Shown: positions 7,877 to 16,780, numbered from the stretch's first letter. The stretch: 64,000 bases of DNA from Candidatus Bathyarchaeia archaeon (GCA_050015395.1 JBEKBM010000015.1:689-64688); one strand, 5' to 3'. The notes: a model not told the origin generated them from the sequence alone. Numbers and translations are program-made.

Positions 7877-10057
7877 CTAAGCTTGAACCTCGTGACTGGA
7901 ATCTGGAGGCAGAGCTGCTTCAGGTGCAGGTTGAGTACCATTTGTTGGAGGTGCAGCTGGCTCAGTGCTGACCCCCTCAAGTATTCCGTTAACTTGATCT
8001 ACCAATTTACCAAATAAGTCAGTTTTTTCCTTGGTGAAAAATGTGTAGGTAGCACCCTTCCACGTTACGCTTAACTCATTTCCAAACTTCTCAATGTGCT
8101 CAATTTCAAGAAGAGGAATTTCCTTAACAACAATCCACTGTTTTTTACGGAAACCTTTGGCAGCAAAAAACTTGGCTATATTGTCGGAAACTTCAACTTT
8201 AGATACCTGTATACCCTTCTGCTTTTTTTCGTCTTTAGAGACTGGCTCAGTGACTGGCTCAGTGACTGGCTCAGTGCTGACCTCGACTTTAGAGACTGGC
8301 TCGGTGACTGGCTCAGTGCTGACCTCGACTTTAGAGACTGGTTGGGTTGTGGTTAAAGACTCCTCTTTGGGTTTTAATTGCTGTTTTAGTTGTTGCTTGA
8401 AAATTTCTCTGCTGCGCTCAATAACGCTTTCTCTGTTGCTGTCAACATCGATTTTATTGATGGTGCTCTTTAGCTCGTCAATGTTGACTTTGAAGTTAGT
8501 TTCGGCAGCTAAATTCTGCAGGGCACTTTCAAGCTGACTGATTTCTTCCTTGTTTTCTTTGTCTCCGACAATTTTGCCGAGTAAAAGGTCGTTTAACATG
8601 AAATACGCTGAAATTACAGCTTTCGCATCGTGAAAGTTCGGTTGATTCTCTTTGGGGTCATCGTCAAGGCTTAAGCCGTTAAAGTATCCATACGCCGCTT
8701 TTAAGATGCTGTAGGCTTCGTTTGAAGTTTCTTTTGGAAGTTGGCTTTTTACGGCGGAGGCGATTTTTGAGAAGTCCAAGTTCAAAGGCGGCATCGTTTG
8801 CCCTGTGAAACTTAGGTTCTCGCCAAAACCGTTAGTGTAGCCTTCTATCCGTTGCCAATTTATCCGTTTCTCCTGCAAGCCAATCAGGACATTAAACGAT
8901 GAGTCAATGATGCCTATTGAAGTGTTAATTACTCCTAACAGCTCGTTTCTTCTTATTTTTCTTAGAGCGGCTTTCTCGTTGTTCTCCTTGGATTTCCGTT
9001 GGTCCTCAAGCTGGTCCTCAAGCATTCCGTTAACTTGACCGACCAATTTACTGAATAAGTCAGTCTTTTCCTTGGTGAAAAACGCGTCAGTAACATCCTT
9101 CCATGTTACGCTTAACTGATTCCCCAAATTCTCAATGTGTGTTATCTCATAAACGGGAATTTCCTTAACAATAACCCACTTTTTTTTACGGCGCCCTTTT
9201 GCAACAAAAAACTTTACTGTATTATCAGCGATCTCAACTTTGGTTACCTGAACAGCGACATCGGCGGGTTGATTCTTCTTTCTGCTCATTTTGCGCGTGC
9301 GCTTGCGCCACGCAAACAGGATTATTATTAGGAGCACTGCTATTACGACGATGGCAATCAATAGGTCACTTACCCAAGGGGGTAGCGCAGCACGCGCATT
9401 AACAGTCACTGATGCGGCAGTAGAATTCACCGCTGCACCCGTACTGTCAGTCACCTGAAGTATGAAGCCCCAACTACCCGTAGCGTTGGAGACTGAAGTG
9501 ATAAAGTTGTAACTCGTAGAACTCGTACCCACCGTAGCATAGCTTCCGCTTGGAGCCTTCGCAAACCACTGATACGTGTAACCGCCAGAGCCAGTGGTCA
9601 CTGCAGAAGAAGACAAAACCGAAGTCTGGCCCTGGTCAACCGTAACCGGAGCAGTCGTCACCGTCGGGGCAACAAGAGCAGAATCCACTGTAACAGAAGC
9701 CGCAGTAGAATTCACCGCTGCACCCGTACTGTCAGTCACCTGAAGTATGAAGCCCCAACTACCCGTAGTCGTAGAACCCGCAGTTACAAAGTTGTAACTC
9801 GTAGAACCCGTACCCACCGTAGCATAGCTTCCGCTTGGAGCCTTCGCAAACCACTGATACGTGTAACCGCCAGAGCCAGTGGTCACTGCAGAAGAAGACA
9901 AAACCGAAGTCTGGCCCTGGTCAACCGTAACCGGAGCAGTCGTCACCGTCGGGGCAACAAGAGCGCTTTGAGCTTTGCCAAAGTGTACAGTGCCAAATAA
10001 AACCAACGAACTAACCATTAAGGCTATTAAGACTATGCTTAAACGTGATTTATTCAT
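7877..10057 (-). CDS. single-pass receptor-like surface protein: signal peptide, 2 Ig-like repeats, TM helix, then two PH-like ~80-aa modules separated by a helical region and a Pro/Thr/Glu repeat
   Basis: 726 aa. Signal peptide MNKSRLSIVLIALMVSSLVLFG. Two 95-aa repeats with a YTYQWF motif. TM helix LLIAIVVIAVLLIIILFAW followed by RKRTRK. The module VxKVEhxDNxxKFFxAKGxRKKxWhhVKEIPhxEIxHIExxGNxLSVTWK...FFTKEKTDLFxKLVxQVNG occurs twice. Confidence 0.8.
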   Translation of the reverse strand: MNKSRLSIVLIALMVSSLVLFGTVHFGKAQSALVAPTVTTAPVTVDQGQTSVLSSSAVTTGSGGYTYQWFAKAPSGSYATVGTGSTSYNFVTAGSTTTGSWGFILQVTDSTGAAVNSTAASVTVDSALVAPTVTTAPVTVDQGQTSVLSSSAVTTGSGGYTYQWFAKAPSGSYATVGTSSTSYNFITSVSNATGSWGFILQVTDSTGAAVNSTAASVTVNARAALPPWVSDLLIAIVVIAVLLIIILFAWRKRTRKMSRKKNQPADVAVQVTKVEIADNTVKFFVAKGRRKKKWVIVKEIPVYEITHIENLGNQLSVTWKDVTDAFFTKEKTDLFSKLVGQVNGMLEDQLEDQRKSKENNEKAALRKIRRNELLGVINTSIGIIDSSFNVLIGLQEKRINWQRIEGYTNGFGENLSFTGQTMPPLNLDFSKIASAVKSQLPKETSNEAYSILKAAYGYFNGLSLDDDPKENQPNFHDAKAVISAYFMLNDLLLGKIVGDKENKEEISQLESALQNLAAETNFKVNIDELKSTINKIDVDSNRESVIERSREIFKQQLKQQLKPKEESLTTTQPVSKVEVSTEPVTEPVSKVEVSTEPVTEPVTEPVSKDEKKQKGIQVSKVEVSDNIAKFFAAKGFRKKQWIVVKEIPLLEIEHIEKFGNELSVTWKGATYTFFTKEKTDLFGKLVDQVNGILEGVSTEPAAPPTNGTQPAPEAALPPDSSHEVQA
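8233..8345. repeat. in-frame coding micro-repeats (12-nt gactggctcagt units nested in a ~51-nt unit)
   Basis: gactggctcagtgactggctcagtgactggctcagtgctgacctcgactttagagactggctcggtgactggctcagtgctgacctcgactttagagactgg. On the minus strand this encodes EPVSKVEVSTEPVTEPVT... repeats. Confidence 0.85.
9398..9967. repeat. 2 x 285-bp tandem repeat inside the 726-aa gene
   Basis: 9421-9480 equals 9706-9765 and 9541-9683 equals 9826-9967 by eye. The copies differ only in a ~45-bp patch (9481-9530 vs 9766-9815). Confidence 0.9.
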
Positions 10058-10144
10058 CCGCTCAGCTTCCTCTAAATCTTATTATCGCTTATTCGTTTCG
10101 TTTTCTTCTTTTGCCTGCTTAGGCTATTTCTACGCTATGCAGAT

Positions 10145-10462
10145 TTAAGACTTATTAAGCATTCCGTTAACTTGACCGACCAATTTACTGAATAAGTCAG
10201 TTTTTCCCTTGGTGAAAAACGCGTCAGTAGCACCTTTCCAAGTTACGCTTAACTCATTTCCAAGCTTCTCAATGTGTTCAATTTCAAGAGCAGGAATTTC
10301 CTTAACAATAATCCACTTTTTTTTAACCAAGCCTTTGGCAACAAAAAACTTGACTATATCGTCGGAAACTTCAACTTTAGATACCTGAATACCCTTCTGC
10401 TTTTTTTTCGGCGATTCCTCTTGGCCTGCAGAATCTTTGGATTGCTTTCTTCTAAGTTTCAT
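10145..10462 (-). CDS. stand-alone copy of the PH-like module found twice in the 726-aa protein
   Basis: The 105-aa sequence KGIQVSKVEVSDDIVKFFVAKGLVKKKWIIVKEIPALEIEHIEKLGNELSVTWKGATDAFFTKGKTDLFSKLVGQVNGML aligns residue for residue with both modules of 7877..10057. Stretches of nucleotide identity occur, e.g. ccgttaacttgaccgaccaatttactgaataagtcagt. Confidence 0.75.
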   Translation of the reverse strand: MKLRRKQSKDSAGQEESPKKKQKGIQVSKVEVSDDIVKFFVAKGLVKKKWIIVKEIPALEIEHIEKLGNELSVTWKGATDAFFTKGKTDLFSKLVGQVNGMLNKS

Positions 10463-10761
10463 TTTGCATCTATCTTTAATTGATTTTTCAATTTATAAAT
10501 TAATGCATTAAACGCTGTAAAGTTAGCTGTAACTTGGAACTATTAAAGGAAGCCCACACGGTTCTTTAGCCTAGCGATTTGTGTGTGCTCTCTCACAGCT
10601 TACCCCCTCGGTCTACTAGATGATCCTAATAGGCTCCAAATATGATTCAACATAGTTCAACATACACTCAACGTCCCGCACTTTCAACATGAAACAGTGC
10701 TTTTGTATGTTGAATAATTTAGTTATGTTGGTTTTAGACAAGATTTTAGAGCTTTGCCGAG

Positions 10762-11205
10762 CTAAGTAGTTTTGAAGGCGGAGTGCACGAACAAAACAGG
10801 TTTTGTATCCTCCATAAAAGACGATTGACTTTTCGGCTTAGTTTTCAATCTCTTTTGAAACATTAAGAAAACCACTGCGGCAACAATAACTACCGCAACT
10901 ACCGCCCCAATCATAATGGGTAGAGTGTTAGACGACGTAGGTGAAGCCCCAAAAGCATAAGCGCTGCCGTCATCTGAGCCTACGTAGACCACGCCGTTGA
11001 CAACAGCAGGACACGAATCAACCCAGTTGCCTGTGGTGTATTTCCAGAGCAACGTGGAAGTAAGCACCGGATTACCTGTGCCTGCGCCGCTGTGAGACGG
11101 GTCCGCGTGGAACATTATCCAGTCCGCGTTCGCAAACGGAATCAAAACTAAGCTGAAAAGAAAAATCGTGCAAACTACTGCCGCTACCACACGCAACCTG
11201 TGCAT
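10762..11205 (-). CDS. membrane-anchored protein with a single PQQ-like beta-propeller repeat
   Basis: Signal peptide, then DWIMFHADPSHSGAG...LWKYTTGNWVDSCPAVVNGVVYVGSDDGSAYAF (PQQ-enzyme-repeat-like), then a C-terminal TM helix and basic tail. Confidence 0.6.
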   Translation of the reverse strand: MHRLRVVAAVVCTIFLFSLVLIPFANADWIMFHADPSHSGAGTGNPVLTSTLLWKYTTGNWVDSCPAVVNGVVYVGSDDGSAYAFGASPTSSNTLPIMIGAVVAVVIVAAVVFLMFQKRLKTKPKSQSSFMEDTKPVLFVHSAFKTT

Positions 11206-11343
11206 GTGAATAAATCACCATCTCGTCTTTCAGCGTTAAAGAACTATTAAAGGTCTTTTGCTATCGGCTCTCTAAAGTACTTCCACGGCTAAAACAGTAA
11301 ATAAAGAAGCATTTATTTAGTTTATTAAGCGATTTCCAAAATT

Positions 11344-12714
11344 TTATGCGTATTCTGGTTCAATATGAACTGTGACAACCGCGTTTGCAAAGCGCTCTTT
11401 TGTTTCTTTCTCAACCTGTGAGGCAATCCTGTGAGCTTCTTTTATATGAATCTGCTTGGTGAAGCAGCAGTCGATGTTAATGTAACGTTTACCCTCAGCA
11501 GCGTAAGTTACTATTCGTTTTATGCGCAGGTTACCTTCGATGCCTTTGGCAACTTCGTAAATGACTTTTCTAAGCTGTGCCTCATTTACTTCGGCGGCAG
11601 GAACCGCCATACCTGAAGGCTCTATATGTACAGTGACGTTTTCAAGCGGCTTAATTTCAGCCTGCATTCTTCGCTCGATAGTTTCAGCTATTTTATGTGC
11701 TTCTTCAACTGACAGTTCAGGATCTACGTAAGCGTGCAAAGTAATGTAGAATTTACCGCCAGTGTAAATAGTGGAGATTTCATGCACCTCTTTTACGCCC
11801 TCCACCGTTGCCAGTTTTTCTACTAGCTGATCCATTTTTGTTTCTTTTTCTGATGGTTCAATATGGATGGTGGCGTCTACATTGCCAAGGGCTTGCTTCA
11901 AGTCAGCCTCAATCGTAGATACTAAAGAATGCGCCTCTTCCAAGGGCATATGGCTTGGAACTTGTACGGATGCATCTATGAAAATTTTAGAGCTTACTTT
12001 GCGAACTTTGAGGTTTTCAATTTTCACAATGCCCTCACGTGAAAGAATCACTTTTCTTGTTTTCTGAACAAGCTCCTTTGATGCCGTATCGCTGAGTTCC
12101 ATCACGCTGGATCGCACGAGCTTAACGCTCAAATAACTAAGCATAACTCCGAGGAAAATTGACGCCAAAGCGTCTCCATAATTAAACCCTAAAGTGGCTA
12201 AGCCAAACCCCAAAAGAGCTAGCAAAGTTGAGCTTAAATCTGAAACAGCGTCGTAAAAACCTACTTTCATAGAAGGGCTTTGGATATGCTCTGTTTTCCT
12301 GAAAACCGTAACTCTTAAAGAAGCAATAAAAAGAGCGTAGCCGATTGCGATGAAACCCGCAAACTCTACTCCTTTAACAATCTGCGTGTTCTCTATCAAT
12401 CTTATTGCGGCTTCGTAAAAAATTAAGAATGCCACTGCAATTAAGACTACTCCACCAATTAGTCCACCTATGGTTTCAAACTTCTCATGTCCGTAAGTGT
12501 GTTCCTCGTCAGGAGGCTTAATTGAAGCGCGAACCGCAAAAAACAACATGATAGTTGACACAACATCAAGCAATGCATGTAAACCGTCGCTCTGTATAGC
12601 TAAACTCCTAACAATCCAGCCTATCGAAAGCTCAACTATTACAACGCTGAAGATTGCAATAGCTGAAATTTTCAATGCTTTAAGTTTGTATTTTCCTTCG
12701 CCAGAGCCTTGCAT
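11344..12714 (-). CDS. cation diffusion facilitator (CDF) family metal efflux transporter with three tandem cytoplasmic domains
   Basis: CDF signature SLAIQSDGLHALLDVVS...PPDEEHTYGHEKFE and a second site YDAVSDLSS. The C-terminal half has three copies of the alpha-beta CTD, each ending in (T)(I/V)HIEP. Confidence 0.9.
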   Translation of the reverse strand: MQGSGEGKYKLKALKISAIAIFSVVIVELSIGWIVRSLAIQSDGLHALLDVVSTIMLFFAVRASIKPPDEEHTYGHEKFETIGGLIGGVVLIAVAFLIFYEAAIRLIENTQIVKGVEFAGFIAIGYALFIASLRVTVFRKTEHIQSPSMKVGFYDAVSDLSSTLLALLGFGLATLGFNYGDALASIFLGVMLSYLSVKLVRSSVMELSDTASKELVQKTRKVILSREGIVKIENLKVRKVSSKIFIDASVQVPSHMPLEEAHSLVSTIEADLKQALGNVDATIHIEPSEKETKMDQLVEKLATVEGVKEVHEISTIYTGGKFYITLHAYVDPELSVEEAHKIAETIERRMQAEIKPLENVTVHIEPSGMAVPAAEVNEAQLRKVIYEVAKGIEGNLRIKRIVTYAAEGKRYINIDCCFTKQIHIKEAHRIASQVEKETKERFANAVVTVHIEPEYA

Positions 12715-13031
12715 TTTATTAATCTAAATATGCTCTTTGCAAGGGCGATTTAAGAATTGCGGGAAAAATGAACCAATCATTTTTGAATCAAACGCTCTTT
12801 TCGCCGTTCTTAATTTAAATATGCTTGAGCCGATTACATAAGCATAATGAAGTTGGCAGCGCTTTTTCGCGGAGACTCAGTCGTTCTTAGAGGAAACTTG
12901 CTAACTTATAACATTAAGTTGGATAATAATGTTCTTTGCGCAGCCGATCAAATGTATCTAAAAGTTAAAAGCCTAAAATCGATAGGCATTTAGGTTTGAA
13001 AATAAGTATTAATGGAAACGGTTGATGCTTG

Positions 13032-14315
13032 ATGGCTTTGGTAAAAATAAGCAAAGTCTTAGAAGGATGCTGTCCAGACCAGAAAGTAGCTGTACGCGGC
13101 TGGGTTTACCGTAAACGTGAAGGAAAAGAGCTTGTTTTCCTAGTAATCCGCGATTCAACAGGAGTAATCCAATGTACAGTAAAAAAAACCAGCCCATGCT
13201 GGAACGAAGCACTGCGCTTAACAATTGAATCTTCACTAACGCTTGAAGGCACCGCCAAAGAAGATAAGCGCGCCCCAGGCGGATACGAAATAAGTGCAGA
13301 AACCATAACGATTATCGGGTTAGCAGAAACCTTTCCAATAGCGAAAGATAAAAGCGAAGAATTCATCCGCGACATGCGCCACCTTTGGCTTCGCAGCCGA
13401 AAAATGAATTTAGTCATGAAGGTTCGCGCTGACGTGCTAGAAGCAACACGTCAATACTTCAAAAGCCAAGATTACACTGAGGTTTCGCCGCCAATGTTTA
13501 TTTCAGCAGCAGTTGAAGGCGGCTCAACACTTTTCGGCTTAAAATATTTTGATCAAGACCTTTACTTAACGCAGAGCTCTCAGCTTTATCTGGAAATTCT
13601 AATCTACTCTTTAGAAAACGTCTACTGCATCGCTCCATCGTTTAGAGCTGAAAAAAGCAGGACAATCAGGCATTTAACCGAGTACTGGCACATTGAAGGA
13701 GAATGGCCCTTTGCGGATATGAATGATTTAATGAAGTTTGAAGAGGGCTTAATGGCGCATGTTTGCCAAAGCATCGGCGACAAATGCCAAAAAGAGTTTG
13801 CAGAGTTAGGCGCTGACATACCAAAGCTGAAAGCAGTAAAGACTCCGTTTCCAAGGATAACTTATGCAGAAGCAATCAATAGGCTTAAAGTTAAAAATCA
13901 AGCGTTGAATTGGGGTGTTGATTTAGGTTATGAGGATGAGAAGGTTTTAGCTGAGGATTTCGGCAAACCCTTCTTCGTTTATGATTACCCTACAGCGATT
14001 AAGGCGTTTTATTGCAAGACGTACCCTGACCATCCTGAAGTTGCAATGTCGGTGGATATGATGGTTCCACGAATAGGCGAAATCAGCACAGGCGGAGCAA
14101 GGGAAGAAGACAAGGACATACTTATTCAACGTATGAAAGAGCAGGGCTTGAAACCTGAAGATTACGAATGGTACCTTGACTTAAGACGCTACGGCACCGT
14201 GCCCCATGTTGGCTTTGGCATGGGACTAGAGCGATTGATAACTTGGATGCTTGACCTCGACAACATCATCGACGCTATTCCGTTTCCAAGAACAACCCGC
14301 AGGTTCTACCCATAA
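13032..14315 (+). CDS. asnS: asparaginyl-tRNA synthetase
   Basis: Class IIb motif 2 FRAEKSRTIRHLTEYWHIEGEWPF (AsnRS-type EKS, not the AspRS type). Motif 3 GFGMGLERL and an ...IPFPRTTRRFYP end. 427 aa. Confidence 0.9.
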   Translation: MALVKISKVLEGCCPDQKVAVRGWVYRKREGKELVFLVIRDSTGVIQCTVKKTSPCWNEALRLTIESSLTLEGTAKEDKRAPGGYEISAETITIIGLAETFPIAKDKSEEFIRDMRHLWLRSRKMNLVMKVRADVLEATRQYFKSQDYTEVSPPMFISAAVEGGSTLFGLKYFDQDLYLTQSSQLYLEILIYSLENVYCIAPSFRAEKSRTIRHLTEYWHIEGEWPFADMNDLMKFEEGLMAHVCQSIGDKCQKEFAELGADIPKLKAVKTPFPRITYAEAINRLKVKNQALNWGVDLGYEDEKVLAEDFGKPFFVYDYPTAIKAFYCKTYPDHPEVAMSVDMMVPRIGEISTGGAREEDKDILIQRMKEQGLKPEDYEWYLDLRRYGTVPHVGFGMGLERLITWMLDLDNIIDAIPFPRTTRRFYP

Positions 14316-14326
14316 TATTTTTTTGT

Positions 14327-15037
14327 TTACGGGTAACCCGTAAAATACTCAAGTTTTAACTGTGCCTTCTGCAAGCCGATGCTTACGACAAGTTCCTCCA
14401 TCGCTGCAACCATCGGCGGCGGTCCACAAACATAAAACACGTTTTCCAGGTAATCAGGTAGTTCCTTCTTAATAATGTCTGCAGTGATTACGCCGGTTGC
14501 GCCTTTCCATTGACTGGTTGCTTCGTTAACGATAAAAACGACTTTTAAATTCTTGTTTTCTTCTTGCATGTATTCAAGTTCTTGTTTGAATGCTATGTCA
14601 TTTTCAGTGCGGCAACCATAGAAGAGCGTAATTTTCGAATTCAAGCGTTTGTCTGCGGCGTATTTGCATATGCTCACAAATGGGGTTATTCCTATGCCTC
14701 CTGCAAGCAATGCGATTTTGGGATACTCACCCTCAAAGGTGAATTGGCCATATGGTGCGTCTATTCTTGCCCAGTCGCCTACTTTGGCGGCTTTTAGCGC
14801 CATTGAATATTCATGGTCAGTCAGTTTTTTAGTAAATTCAAAGTGTTCTTTTTCTGTTGGGCTGCTGCTAAAACTAAAATGTTTAGTTAACTCTTTGTCG
14901 CCCTGTTCTATAGTTATGAAAAAGTATTGCCCCGGCTTGTAAGTTAATTCAGGTGGTCTGGAAAACCTGTAACTGATTACATCAGCAGTTCTAGGTATAA
15001 TTTCTTTGATTTTTGTTTCCAGCTTCATAAAAATCAT
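14327..15037 (-). CDS. ferredoxin-reductase-type FAD/NAD(P)-binding oxidoreductase
   Basis: The FAD-binding element HFSFSSSP (RxYS-like), GGIGITP NAD(P) motif and YVCGPPPM C-terminal motif are typical of the FNR-like family. Confidence 0.8.
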   Translation of the reverse strand: MIFMKLETKIKEIIPRTADVISYRFSRPPELTYKPGQYFFITIEQGDKELTKHFSFSSSPTEKEHFEFTKKLTDHEYSMALKAAKVGDWARIDAPYGQFTFEGEYPKIALLAGGIGITPFVSICKYAADKRLNSKITLFYGCRTENDIAFKQELEYMQEENKNLKVVFIVNEATSQWKGATGVITADIIKKELPDYLENVFYVCGPPPMVAAMEELVVSIGLQKAQLKLEYFTGYP

Positions 15038-15094
15038 ATCGCTATTTAGAATGGGCGGATTAGAGTATAATTATAGATTACAATAAACTTTGCG

Positions 15095-15360
15095 CTAACT
15101 CATTTTAAGAAGACAGTATATGAATCTAAAACATGGTTTAAAGCAAAGATCTTCAACGCTAGAAGTTTTCGGGCGACCCTTTGGCTTTTCTTTAAGTCCG
15201 CTTTCCTCTTCCGTCTGGCAACGGTTCCACCAGCGATAGAACAGGTCCCTGCTTATCTTGGCAGAAGTGAAGATTTCAGTAACCGAGCAACCTTGCAGTT
15301 TCTTCCTGATAATCGACGCTTTCAGCTGATCTAAATCTCTGTATCCAACTCCCTTCACCC
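15095..15360 (-). pseudogene. remnant of an IS630/Tc1-like transposase N-terminal HTH domain
   Basis: LDQLKASIIRKKLQGCSVTEIFTSAKISRDLFYRWWNRCQTEEESGLKEKPKGRPK matches the HTH...GL.D.PR.GRP pattern of IS630-type transposase N-termini. No DDE domain follows. The track ORF's N-terminus runs into the 5S rRNA gene. Confidence 0.4.
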
Positions 15361-15460
15361 GTGCACTGATATCCTTGCAGGAGTGTAGGGCATTTTCCAG
15401 ATAGAACAAACCCCACGTAAAAAGCGAAAGGTTAATGAAGGAAAGCTGATGTGTATTGCT

Positions 15461-15585
15461 GGGTTTGCCGGTCAAAGGGCACGGGTTCCACCTGATCCCA
15501 TTCCGAACTCAGAAGTTAAACCGTGTTCCGTTTCCAGCTGTAGTGTGGTCTTAGGCCATGCGAACCTGGGAAAGCTGGTAGCCCA
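15461..15585 (+). rRNA. 5S ribosomal RNA (orphan, not linked to 16S/23S in this window)
   Basis: Contains the universal 5S loop C/helix III string gatcccattccgaactcagaagttaaac. The ends gggtttgccgg... and ...gctggtagccc can pair as helix I with G-U pairs and one bulge. About 125 nt. Confidence 0.85.
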
Positions 15586-15665
15586 CTTATACCTAAGAAA
15601 ATTTAGGTAGATTTGGCATAGCTTTATAACTAACCGTTAATAGTTTTTTGGAAGTGGTGTAGACA

Positions 15666-16769
15666 TTGAGTCTTCTTTCAGGAAATAACACGCTTCTTCA
15701 GGTACTGAGCCTGGCTTCATACGGGTTCTTTATAGTCTTAATTTTCTATGGTCAAAGAATCCAAATGTACGTTATGATCCGAGAGGTAGAAAACTCCCTT
15801 CATAAATTAAAGTTCATAAAAGAGGAAGGGCGAAAAAACGCCATAGATGCCATAAAAGAAGTTGGCAAACCACCAGCTGACCCTACGGCTCGTGTCGACC
15901 GCTATTTAGAGTATTTCACTATCGGTCCACAGAGCATGGATCCAGCAGGCATCGTTTACAAGCTTGATCATATCCTTGATGTTAGAGATGCACGGTTGAA
16001 GGATGAAGTTAAACTGATGGCGCCCGGATGCGATGACGTCCAAGTGAATAATTTAGAAAACACTTTGGAAGCCGCGATGGCGTTGAACTTTATCTACAAA
16101 GTGGTACGGCACTATTACATTCAAGGTAAAAAGACTCTGAGTCTCTATGTAATAATGCAGATACAAATGATATTGCCAATGATTATGAAAGAAGCCGAAG
16201 CATACGCAAGCGCTCTGAAAGCGTTCGCTTTTGGACAACCAATCGGCGATGGCGCAGGACCATTAGTAGCTGCAAAACTAATGCACGGCTACGAAATCCG
16301 CAAATTGCCAAAAGACTGTGTCATGGCTACAGTCCCAATTGAAGGACGCACTGCTTTAATAATAAAGGCTGAAGGTCCCGGCGGAAATGTTGGCAAACCA
16401 GGTGATGCTGTCGAAGCAGTCATTGAAGAAAATGAGGGTAAAATTGCTAATGTAATAATGATTGATGCTGGGTTAAAACTTGAAGGCGAAACACTAGGCG
16501 AAGTCGCAGATGGAATCGGCGCGGCAATCGGTGGACCAGGCGTAGACCAGTACAAGATTGAGGAAAAACTCACAAAATATCATATCCCGATAAACGCTAT
16601 AATAGTCAAAGAGGACATCGGCGATGCAGTATCACCACTGCGCAAAGAGATCAACGATGCCGTTGACAAAGTCATTGAACGCGTCAAAGCCGTCATCTTA
16701 GAGCAAACCAAAGAAGGAGACAAAGTTATAATCGTAGGCGTCGGCAACTCCATCGGAGTTGGACAATAG
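15666..16769 (+). CDS. conserved archaeal protein with N-terminal membrane anchor (resembles the DUF1512 family)
   Basis: 367-aa ORF. Hydrophobic N-terminus VLSLASYGFFIVLIFYGQRIQ and a Gly-rich C-terminal half. The family name is from memory only. Confidence 0.6.
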   Translation: MSLLSGNNTLLQVLSLASYGFFIVLIFYGQRIQMYVMIREVENSLHKLKFIKEEGRKNAIDAIKEVGKPPADPTARVDRYLEYFTIGPQSMDPAGIVYKLDHILDVRDARLKDEVKLMAPGCDDVQVNNLENTLEAAMALNFIYKVVRHYYIQGKKTLSLYVIMQIQMILPMIMKEAEAYASALKAFAFGQPIGDGAGPLVAAKLMHGYEIRKLPKDCVMATVPIEGRTALIIKAEGPGGNVGKPGDAVEAVIEENEGKIANVIMIDAGLKLEGETLGEVADGIGAAIGGPGVDQYKIEEKLTKYHIPINAIIVKEDIGDAVSPLRKEINDAVDKVIERVKAVILEQTKEGDKVIIVGVGNSIGVGQ

Positions 16770-16780
16770 GAGGATAAAAA

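Noticed and set aside
15361-15475. N-terminal ~38 codons of track ORF 15095..15475
   Set aside because: This part has no HTH similarity and overlaps the 5' end of the 5S rRNA gene. Only the HTH-like portion is retained, as a remnant.
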